NCBI RefSeq assembly: GCF_009914755.1
Contig: NC_060936.1
Reading direction: 5' to 3' (one strand)
Origin: the human T2T-CHM13v2.0 reference genome, Homo sapiens
Length of the DNA: 64,000 nucleotides
The notes below the pieces were generated by a model. It was not told the DNA's origin, ran no database searches, and was given only the letters and a program-made list of their open reading frames with translations. A program made the translations under genes and the position numbers. Of the stretch, positions 21,826 to 39,268 are shown one piece after another (position 1 is the first letter of the stretch; each line of letters starts with the position of its first letter).

Positions 21826-22043
21826 GCCTCCACCGCTATGTCTGGCTGGTTTACGAGCAGGACAGGCCGCTAAAGTGTGACGAGCCCATCCTCAGCAACC
21901 GATCTGGAGACCACCGTGGCAAATTCAAGGTGGCGTCCTTCCGTAAAAAGTATGAGCTCAGGGCCCCGGTGGCTGGCACGTGTTACCAGGCCGAGTGGGA
22001 TGACTATGTGCCCAAACTGTACGAGCAGCTGTCTGGGAAGTAG
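21826..22043 (+). CDS. PEBP1: PEBP1 exon 4 coding part ([12 protein letters not shown]...KVAS153FRKK...YEQLSGK*)
   Basis: Acceptor tgcctctccccacag|G; GxHR motif; TAG at 22041-22043; the four exons sum to 564 nt = 187 aa + stop. Confidence 0.99.
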
Positions 22044-22825
22044 GGGGTTAGCTTGGGGACCTGAACTGTCCTGGAGGCCCCAAGCCATGTTCCCCAGTTC
22101 AGTGTTGCATGTATAATAGATTTCTCCTCTTCCTGCCCCCCTTGGCATGGGTGAGACCTGACCAGTCAGATGGTAGTTGAGGGTGACTTTTCCTGCTGCC
22201 TGGCCTTTATAATTTTACTCACTCACTCTGATTTATGTTTTGATCAAATTTGAACTTCATTTTGGGGGGTATTTTGGTACTGTGATGGGGTCATCAAATT
22301 ATTAATCTGAAAATAGCAACCCAGAATGTAAAAAAGAAAAAACTGGGGGGAAAAAGACCAGGTCTACAGTGATAGAGCAAAGCATCAAAGAATCTTTAAG
22401 GAAGGTTTAAAAAAAAAAAAAAAAAAAAAGATTGGTTGCCTCTGCCTTTGTGATCCTGAGTCCAGAATGGTACACAATGTGATTTTATGGTGATGTCACT
22501 CACCTAGACAACCAGAGGCTGGCATTGAGGCTAACCTCCAACACAGTGCATCTCAGATGCCTCAGTAGGCATCAGTATGTCACTCTGGTCCCTTTAAAGA
22601 GCAATCCTGGAAGAAGCAGGAGGGAGGGTGGCTTTGCTGTTGTTGGGACATGGCAATCTAGACCGGCAGCAGCGCTCGCTGACAGCTTGGGAGGAAACCT
22701 GAGATCTGTGTTTTTTAAATTGATCGTTCTTCATGGGGGTAAGAAAAGCTGGTCTGGAGTTGCTGAATGTTGCATTAATTGTGCTGTTTGCTTGTAGTTG
22801 AATAAAAATAGAAACCTGAATGAAG
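22044..22825 (+). other. PEBP1: PEBP1 3'UTR (3' end approximate)
   Basis: Non-repetitive sequence from the stop to AATAAA at 22801; internal A21 tract at 22409-22429. Confidence 0.85.
22801..22806 (+). terminator. PEBP1: PEBP1 polyadenylation signal AATAAA
   Basis: First canonical hexamer I found after the stop; TGTA just upstream and GT/T-rich element (atgttttgttct) about 35 nt downstream. Confidence 0.9.
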
Positions 22826-23479
22826 GAACTGAGTCCCCGGATGTTTTGTTCTATTGGGTATAGGTTTCATAAGTGTGAGAAGTCAAGTCTCAGGGTGAGT
22901 CGTCTCCGTGACCAGCAAGTAACAGCTGGGACTTGTTCTAGGGGCCATATGGAGGGTCTGTGCCTCTACATGTGCCATTAACCCACAGCAGGAGCAAACA
23001 GTTCAGATTTGAGGTTTCTAAAAAAAAAATCATAAAATGTGAGGCCGAGTCTTATTGCCCAAAAAGCACCTTTGCTTCAAGTGGTCCTTTTGACCCAAGA
23101 AGGATGTTCTAAAGAAGATGGCTGAAAACCTTCCCCCTTGGTGAAGTCTGGCGCGGACACTGTAACAATGCCTAAGAAGTAGCCTGCACTTCCCGTTCTG
23201 ATGTGTTATCCACAGAGGCTCAGTACCAAAGAGGTGCGCAGGGTAGGAGGGTGAGAAGGTCACGGTCTCATGCCATCTGATGTACCGAAAGAAAGGAAAG
23301 GAGGTGTTTGAAGGTGCAAATCACTGTGATTTGGTCTCTGCGATGCAAAGGGGGGGGTCCTGAATCAGGCCTGACAGGTGCTAATGACTAGCCCTTCCCC
23401 ATCTTTCACTGCAGTACTTTTTTCTCTGAAAAAACTTGGAAATGTTGCCTTGCTGGAAGCACATAAGGTAGATGTAAGT

Positions 23480-26484
<3,005 letters not shown>

Positions 26485-26760
26485 ATTGATAGAGGCTTAA
26501 GCATTTGGGATCTTACTGAGATTGTCCTGACTCCCAAATCATATCCCTGAAATTTTATATTTTTTACTATCTCATTGTTTTACATGTAAAATTATTCTAA
26601 TAAAAGCAGAATATGAGGGGAGAGGGATCTAATATTACAGTGGGGTCATTTCAAATATTTGGTTATAGTGCCTTCTCCACAGCCTGCTTTTCTTTAAGGG
26701 TGCCCAATTTCTCTCTTCAGCAATGCATGCTTCTATGCACGACTGGCACGTGGGGGGTTT

Positions 26761-26794
<34 letters not shown>

Positions 26795-26807
26795 CGCGCG
26801 CACATGC
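26761..26807. repeat. (TG)13 plus CG-rich alternating purine-pyrimidine tract
   Basis: Read directly. Confidence 0.95.
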
Positions 26808-27039
26808 CTTCTATTCTTTAGGACAGAAAGGTGCAGTTGACCACGTGCCCACATCGAATGGTGCAACACTATCTTCAGCCCCATAGAAGAACTTGGAAGA
26901 CAGAGCTTTACCTGAAAGGCTTGAATGGCTCTTCTTGGAGCGACCGAGGCTATGGAGAACAGTTTCAGGAGGGTGGCTGTCCCTCTGAGTTGTGAACTGG
27001 TGAACCTAGAAGGGAAACTTCCTGCTACAATAACACAGC

Positions 27040-28242
27040 AAGGCGATGTGATGAACACTTTTATTTACAAATATAATTAAAAGCTCTGACAGTTATCATG
27101 CTCTTCCTTGGAACCTGAAAAATGTTTTGTTTTGTTTTTAAAGTGCATGCAAAAGAAGTAAAGCCTTTTTTTTTTTCATCATTTTTTATTGTAAGAAAAT
27201 ACACAGTTTGAAAGTGTGAATAATGCAATATTTATGACCAAGAAATGGGACTTAGGAAGGGGAAGGGAGATAAAGAAAAAGATCAAGATGATCTGATTGA
27301 GAGACAGTGTTGAACTCCAAATACTGAACTGGAAAAGGAGGGAGGTGGGGAGGAACAGGAGGAGGAAGTAAAAAAATTTGATCAGAGAAACAGTTAAAAT
27401 ACAATATGAAAATAAGTAATACCTCTCCTTAAATTCCTTCTATACACAAAATACACGATTTGCCAAAGCCCAATTTGTGCTACTGGGATTCTGTGAGCTC
27501 CTTAAGTGTATTCACATCCTCTGCAACAGCAGAAAATGATTATGATACAATCAGAATATGCTGAAGACAAGTTAAACTCTTGCCAGCAGGTTCTTAAAAA
27601 TCACAAGATCTCTTCACCCCACCCACCCCCCGTCCCCAAAAAAGTAATAATATGTCACCACTGATATGTACATCACAATTAGTTTCTGTAAAATGTATCA
27701 AATTTTCAATCTTTAATAAAACTTTGTTTTTTTTATTCCTGATGAATAAATACCAAAAAAATAAAATAAAATAAAATAATGCAGCAGCTAGTTAAGGTGT
27801 AAGGCTGCGGATATTGTGTCTCTCTCCCCCTTGGCATTTATTATTATTATTTTTTGCTTTACTTTCACAGATTGGTGGTAATGAGTGATTGCTTAAAGCA
27901 ATATACATCCACTTTTTTTGTTGTTGGTTTATTGGTTTTGTTAAAACTGTCTCCAAAGTTTTCACTGAAACATTTTGAATCACATCAATACTGTGACGTG
28001 TACTGTGAATAGAAGAGACGGCCAGGTTTTGGCCAGCACTGAAAGTTGACACGGGGGGAGGAAGGGGGCCCCTGATGGAGTAAGAATAAACAGGCACTAG
28101 TCCGACACGATGTCAGTAAGAGTAAGAGAGAGAGAGAGTGAGAGCAACGCCCGTTAAAATGGGGAATGTGGTTTTGCAGGGTCTGAATTTTTTTCTGTTT
28201 TCTTTTTTTTTTTTTTTTTTGTAAATGGCAAAAAATTTAATC
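27040..28242 (-). other. TAOK3: TAOK3 3'UTR with tandem poly(A) signals (3' end approximate)
   Basis: Repeat-free AU-rich sequence; minus-strand AATAAA at 27928-27933, 27837-27842, 27732-27737, 27185-27190 and 27060-27065. Confidence 0.8.
27060..27065 (-). terminator. TAOK3: TAOK3 distal polyadenylation signal
   Basis: TGTAAATAAA on the minus strand, followed by CA dinucleotides and a TTGCTGTGTT GU-rich downstream element. Confidence 0.75.
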
Positions 28243-28404
28243 TCATCTGTAGTCCTCCTTAGGAAAATCTAATGTAACCAAATTCCCAAATCCCATTCTG
28301 AGGCTCTCCATGTCAAAAGTTTCAATCTCTCGCTCTTGCCTTTCCAATAGGTTCTTTATTCTCTCGCTGCGTTCCTTCTGAAGGGCAGCCAGCTCCTCTT
28401 CAAT
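28243..28404 (-). CDS. TAOK3: TAOK3 terminal exon coding part (IEEELAALQKER...LDFPKEDYR*)
   Basis: Acceptor cttctttcag|ATT; TGA at 28243-28245; C-terminus FPKEDYR recognised as TAOK3. Confidence 0.97.
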   Translation of the reverse strand: MEEELAALQKERSERIKNLLERQEREIETFDMESLRMGFGNLVTLDFPKEDYR

Positions 28405-28522
28405 CTGAAAGAAGCACGATGCAGTTCTTAATGGAAAGCATCTCCTAACAGGCACCCACGTGCACGCGATACACCCATAGGCACACATATGACATGCACA
28501 CACACATAGACACACACATGAA

Positions 28523-28561
<39 letters not shown>
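28523..28561. repeat. (GC)5(AC)13 tract in the last TAOK3 intron
   Basis: Read directly. Confidence 0.95.
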
Positions 28562-29468
28562 GGAACTACGGGAGGACCGAGGAAGGCTGGCTGAGTCCTG
28601 TGATCAATGCATCTAAATCATTATATTTAAAACTTGCTCACAAGAATATCAATGTTTGGGGTCCACCTGGGGCTGGCAATGCCGTTCTAGCAAGCCCAGC
28701 GGCTGGGCGGATCTAGGTCAGTGTCCTGTGTTAGGGGATGGCTCATGAGAAGCTAAAAGACACTCAAGCACAATTGGATTGTGCTGCTTTCCCACAGAGA
28801 GCCAAATGCCTCCTGGGTCATTAGTAATTTAGTTCTAGAACAGGAGCTGGGAAAATAGTCTGTTACGTTGGTCTCAGGGAACTACTGGAAGAAAGTGCAA
28901 ATAACTGGTTAAGCAAATAAATGCTTAACAGCTTTGAGATGCCTTATGAAATGTTTTCTACTTCATATTCCTCAGAATTTCTAAAGCAATGAATATTTCA
29001 GTTGGGATAACATTTATGCATGGCAATATCAGCCTATCATCATTTTAATTTTTTTTTAAACAGCCCTGCTGGTGATTTCTCTCGGTTTAAAAATAGCTGA
29101 AAAGTCAAATCTATTGTACATTTGGCTTCCTCGTGCCATTTGGCAGCCCTGCTGTCAGCTCACAGTACCTTTCAGGTGTCACATCAACCACCCCAGCAAC
29201 CCACATCATTCCTCTGGCTGGGAACGTTGAGGGTTTCCTAGCAGAGCAGAAGAAAGACTTAGGATGTGGGGTCAGACATGCGTGCCTTGGTGTTTCGGCC
29301 TGTAGAAGGGGGACAATGCCTACCTCACAAGGGTACCAGTAGCATAAAGCAGATAAGTGAAAAGTGCCCAGTTTAATCTCTAACTAAGGAAGGCTGCATA
29401 TATGGCAGTTCCCTCAGCCACGCCCCCTTCCACCCAGTGGCACCGGACCCCTGGTAATGCTCCCTTAC

Positions 29469-29651
29469 CTTCTGCTCAAGGTGTGCTCTGCGCAGAGACA
29501 CTCTCTGCTCTAGCTTCTGGAGCTCACGTTCATGTTGTGCCTCTGTTTGCATCTTGATTTTGCTCTGGTAGGCGTTGAGCAGCTCCATTTCCTGCTGGAG
29601 CTGTAGCCTCAAGGCCTGGCATTCTGCTTCTTGAGCCTCATCTAGCCGTAA
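29469..29651 (-). CDS. TAOK3: TAOK3 penultimate exon ([14 protein letters not shown]...AHLEQK, 61 codons)
   Basis: AG at 29652-29653, donor AAG|GTAAGG; 183 nt, phase 0/0. Confidence 0.97.
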
Positions 29652-30542
29652 CTGCGGACACAGAAGACACACACGGTCATGCACCCTTGCCTACAGCCCT
29701 TGGTGGCCTACAGCCCTTGGTGACTACTGGAAGAGGTTTCCTCATTTGGATTGAAATTGGTTGCCCCCTCAAAAACACAGATGCTCTGGGTACATTCAGA
29801 GTTGGGAATCAAAAACAGTCAAGTCTGCCCAATGGGCTACAATACCAAACACATTCTTTTCAGTATGATCTGAAACCACAGCAGCAGGCGTCAGGAAGGC
29901 TACACCTGTGGGCTTTGGAGGTAGGCTCCTGGGCTTGAATTACAGCTACACCATCCACTTTGTGTGTGTCACACCTTGGCACATTACCTACCTCTCTAGA
30001 TCTCATGTGTTTCATCCTCAAGAAAATAACAAGAATAGTTCCTATTGCCTGAGATTGGTGGGAGGATTAAATGAAAGAATTAATATAAAATCCTAGGCAC
30101 AGTTCTCAATGCATTACAAGTTTTCAATAAATAGTAGTGGTTATCATTATTTCGGTTTCAACTGATCATGTCCTTATTTCAAGTTCTTTAACCCTAAAAT
30201 CATTTAGATATGCTTAGCTCTAAAAAATTGATTCCAATTTCCATAAAACTTGGGGAATATACCACAGTACTGTTATGCTCCAAGTAGTAATGTTGGCACC
30301 TATTGTTGGCTATAAAAGTTACATTGCTAGCCAGCCAATCCAAAACTCCAAATGGTTCAAAATCTCTTCCCTGGCTGGTGGCTCACCTCTGTTATCTCAG
30401 CGCTTTGGGAGGCCAGGGTGTGAGGATTGCTTGAGGCCTGGCATTCAATACTAGCTTGGGAAATATTGTGAGACCCCCATCTATACAAAGATTTTTTAAA
30501 AAATTAGCCAGGCATGGTGGCATGTGCCTGTAGTCCCAGCTA

Positions 30543-30647
<105 letters not shown>

Positions 30648-31679
30648 TCATAAAAAAAAAATCTCTTCCTCTCAGAGGGTAGGTAGGCTTGACAATTTTA
30701 AGAGGCATAACTGCTTTGAAGCAGTGCCTGAACTTTGTCTTATACAAGATACCCAGATCCTGCGTGGAGAATGAACCAAGTAGAAGCGCCAACTTCTCAA
30801 AGCAGAGTAGAAGGTTTCGGACCATCAGCAGGACAGTGTTTAGGAATGATGACCCTGGGTTGCAGGCTTGGTTTGGTCCAATTTTGGCAGGCCCACAGTT
30901 TGGCTGAGAACTATGAGATTAGAACCCTTGAATCAGTCCATTTACCCTGAGCTTATCTGTGTTTCCTTATTGACCACTTTTCCAAGATACTTATTCTCCA
31001 CCTTATGTACAATTTGTGACAATATACATATCTTGATTGAAAAATTACTTTTTGAAATGTTATATTAAAATAGTTTTAGTTATTTGCATGTATCTTCTTT
31101 TAGTACTTCTGGAGAAACATACTATAGAGATTAAAGGAACAAAATAAATTACATAATCATATTTCCAAGGTACCTTCTAAAAATTAATCCTAACCAGGTT
31201 TCATTAAAACCCTTAAAGAGGACAGACAGTTCTCATTTTCCCAGTAAGGAATGAAGGGATAAGAGACACTAGACACAATACATAGTCTTTGGCAGGAACA
31301 GACTCACAGGTAAATGCCAAAGGATTTACTGGCTCCCAATGAGGGTTGTTACTGATTCCCTCTTGATATGGGAGGTTCCTTATCAGTAAAGGCAGTGAAA
31401 GTCCTGTTCTTTTCTACTTGTCTGCATTAGTTGCTGTAAGCCCCAGCTAAGTGGGTGAGAGGTTCATTCTATGGTCAATTTAGACCATCTAAACATCTAA
31501 ATATCTTTAAACATTTAGAACATCTCCATTTCCTTTTGTTTCTGGCACGCTATTATTATTAGCAGTAACTGGTACCATTGTTCTGTACCAGCTCTGACTG
31601 ATGGCCCAGTGCTAGAAATCAGAGGATATTCCAGCATTTAGTTTTTATCACCCAAGGTTACACACATCAAATCCATTAA

Positions 31680-31986
<307 letters not shown>

Positions 31987-32176
31987 TAAAAAGTTTTATA
32001 AGAGTATAGGTAAATATGTCTGATCTTTACAGTGGCTTACACTGAAGATACGATAAGAGGCAACATAATGTAGAAGCAGCCAAGCATACAGGCGCACAGG
32101 ATTCCCCCCAAGATGGGTTCAAATCCTAGCTCTACCACTAATTAGCTATGTGACCTTCCCCCTTATCCCCCCAAGC

Positions 32177-32702
<526 letters not shown>

Positions 32703-32949
32703 CCTAAGAAAGTAGCTTTACTTCAGTGAACTTCAGTTTCCTCACAGGTAAATTAGGGTCAAAACAGTAACTACTTCAAAGGGGTTTCACAAAAATGAAA
32801 TGAGGTAACACTTATGAGATGTTTAACATTGATTGTACTTGCCACATGGTAAGTAGTCAGTAAAGGATGCTGTAATGATCACACACTTATCTTCTCCCTG
32901 TCTCAGAAGAAAGGGCATTTCTCTCCTTTTATTCAAGGGTAATCATTGA

Positions 32950-33186
<237 letters not shown>

Positions 33187-33269
33187 TAGGCTGGCCAAGA
33201 ATTCTTGGCCTCAAGTGACCCTTCCCACAAAGTGCTGGGATTACAGGCGTGAGCCACCGCGCCTGGTCT

Positions 33270-36250
<2,981 letters not shown>

Positions 36251-36489
36251 TGGGAAAGCTTCACCGAATTACCAGGCAAGCTCCCATCCCAAGCTCCCTT
36301 TATGACCTCTCCATTCTGGGTTCCTGCAATCTTCCTCCTTGAACTTTGGGCTCACACCAAAGTTCTTTCTGTCTCCATATATTTTCCTCTGTTTGAACCT
36401 TTGCCTATGTAGGTCCCAGTTTCAAGGAATCGGTTTATGTCAATGAATTCCTTAAAGTTTCTTGGCTCCCTCTAGGAAGATTTCCCTAG

Positions 36490-36675
<186 letters not shown>

Positions 36676-37386
36676 TGAGTAGCTGGGACTACAGGTGCCT
36701 GCCCAGCTAATTTTTGTACTTTTGGTAGAGATGGGGTTTCACCATGTTGGTCAGCCTGGTTTCGAACTCCTGACCTTGTGATCCACCTGCCTCGGCCTCC
36801 CAAAATGCTGGGATTACAGGCGTGAGCCACCGCGCCCGGCCCCACTTACCATGTTTTACTATTACTGCTTAATTATCTGACCACCTGGCTTGACTGACAA
36901 ATTGTCTGTCTAGCTCATCCTCCACCTCTGAGTCCAGCAGAGTGCTGAACACTGATGCTTAATAAAAGTTTATTGCATGAGTGTGTCTGTGTATCTGTCT
37001 TCCTCACTTGACTGTGGGCTCCCTAAGGGCAGGGACTCTTATTCATTTGTGCCTGATATTAGTTGCGGGGAGGGCAGTCAGTAAAATCTTTGATAAATGA
37101 ACACATGGTATCATATGTGGTATCTATCACATTTGCCCTCAAAGTCCCTATGTGCCACAGGTCTGATGTGGCATGTCACTCCTTGAGTTCCATCTTATAA
37201 GACACTCCAGCAAGTATCCACATTGGCTTGGCTTTATTCAACGTCGTCCTTTCCTCAGTCCTTTGGGCAGAAAAACATCAATATCCTAAATTTGTGCAAG
37301 AATCATCTTGGGAACAACAGGCTGGATCTTGGATTTTCTTGATTCCCAAAGCTCTCGAAGCCGTGGCACCAAACCTAACCACTTAC

Positions 37387-37599
37387 CGCTTGAGAGGCCA
37401 TCATTTCATTTATACTCTGTTCATACTGCTCTGCCAAAATGGCAAGTTTTCTTGTCTGCTCATCTTTCAGTGTCTTTAAGATTGTTTTGTGCTCATTCTT
37501 TGGAGTAACTTCCAACTGGTGATTCTTGAGTGCTTTATACTGTTTGGTCTGTACTTTGCAAGTGTCCTGAAACTGTTTTTTAATTTGCATTTCCATGGC
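37387..37599 (-). CDS. TAOK3: TAOK3 coding exon ([17 protein letters not shown]...MMASQA, 71 codons)
   Basis: AG at 37600-37601, donor GCG|GTAAGT; 213 nt, phase 0/0. Confidence 0.97.
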
Positions 37600-38859
37600 C
37601 TGGGTAGAAAAAGTGACAAAGGAAAAATAAAGGCACATCAGTAAATACAGAAAGCCTTCTACCATAATGATATAATACAAGTGCTGAGAGCGTCTGTTTT
37701 TTGGTGCAGTGACTCACATTGCTAATCAATAAAAATCAAGCAGTATGTATGACACAGACAAAAGTTAACTCTACCTGTACTTTTGGTTTTATATTGAATG
37801 ACTATAAGTAATTTTGAATTTACAAATGGGGTCAAAGAAAATATGGACTGTTACAAGGGGATGACAACTCTAAGCAGATTGAGCGATACTATGAAGCTTA
37901 GCTTGTTGAAAGAGTGGCAACTCTTTTCATGCTTTCCTAGTCAGACACTTCAGTGTCTTCCATTGTTCATTGTTTTTCCCCCCTTTTTTTTTGTTTCTGT
38001 GTTTCACCCTGTTTTCAAGTGAGACAGGGGATAGCATTATATAAGCCAGCTCTCACTGCTCTGGTTTATAGCAATTTCTTATCAACTCCATAAAGGAGAG
38101 TATATGGATGGTACCTTATATCCTAACGCATTTCTACTGGATTTCAGCGTAAACTGAGAGAGAAAAGTGATTTAGAATTTTTTTCCCCATTAAGAGGTTG
38201 TGCTTGCATGTAGCAATATAAAATATGCATTTGGGCAAAGAGAAGGTAGAGTATATTATTTTGAGCCCAGAAGGCATTCCATCAGGTTGCCCCACAGTCA
38301 TGTGTGCACTTCACGAACACTCTGAGGACTTATGGTGATAGAAATCATTGCTTAGCTTAGGATTTGACTGAAGAGACGCATAGCCAGTGTGATCCAGGTT
38401 GGCCTCATATCTGTGGCAACACTGACAACGTCCTCCCGGATATATAGCAATGGCTTAGTACACAGAGCTTGTTAATTAGCAGTCAGCTAAAATTAGCTGG
38501 AGGCAGTGAGGGCTACAGGAGTTCCTCCACATCTCTGCATCTCTAGTGCAGAAGTGGTAAATGCCTGGCACTTATAGATTCATTCCTGATGACCATGACA
38601 GACATCACTAATAAATGACACTCTTTCCTCCTAAGCTTGGATGTGGCTTTAGAGTCTTTCTCAATACAGCAGTGCTCAAAGTACCTAACACCAATAGAAC
38701 TTCCTTATTTCCTGGGATTAAAACCATAAACTGCTATTAGTCCAGTTTTGAAGATGGCAGGTCATGAAGTGCTCAGAGAAATTCCATAATGGATATGATG
38801 ACAAATTGATAGATAATGTAGTATAATAATAGTTTCCAAACCAGCTTGCCCAACATCTC

Positions 38860-38992
38860 CTTTTCAGGAGCTTAAATATAGACTCTGTGCTTTGCAACTG
38901 GAGATTCTGATACAATAGGTGTGGGGTGCAGAAATTTGTGATTCTGAAAAGTTGCTCAGGTGACTCTGACACTTCAGGTAGAGAAACCACTG
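38860..38992. mobile_element. MER5-like fragment close to a TAOK3 donor
   Basis: gagattctgat...ggtgtggggtg...ctcaggtgactctga...gagaaaccactg. Confidence 0.55.
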
Positions 38993-39028
38993 ATCTGGTC
39001 CAACACTGTCCAGCAGCACAAATCTTAC

Positions 39029-39268
39029 CTTTAAGTTTTTTGGCTGTTGCCGAAGTTCCATGACATGCTTTCTGTGCAGTTCTCTTTCTCGCCTCTTATT
39101 GTACTCCAGCTGGTTTTCCAGTTCCGTCTGGTGCTGTAAACGGATCAGATCCATGCGTAGCTTCTGTAACGTGTGCAGCTGCCTGTACTCTAGCTCTCGG
39201 GTGGACTCGTCGTGCCGGATTAGCATGGCATGCTCCATCTCCTTCTGGGTCCTCTTTTTATTTAGTTC
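39029..39268 (-). CDS. TAOK3: TAOK3 coding exon ([19 protein letters not shown]...QQPKNLK, 80 codons)
   Basis: AG at 39269-39270, donor AAG|GTAAGA; 240 nt, phase 0/0. Confidence 0.97.

Noticed and set aside
22041-22064. Stop-codon readthrough of PEBP1
   Set aside because: TAG-G context is not a leaky motif and an in-frame TGA follows after six codons
23276-23292. CTGATG...GAAA resembling a hammerhead ribozyme core (also CTGATGA at about 27740, 38586 and 62660)
   Set aside because: Core mismatch or no stem II/GAAA/stem III arrangement visible
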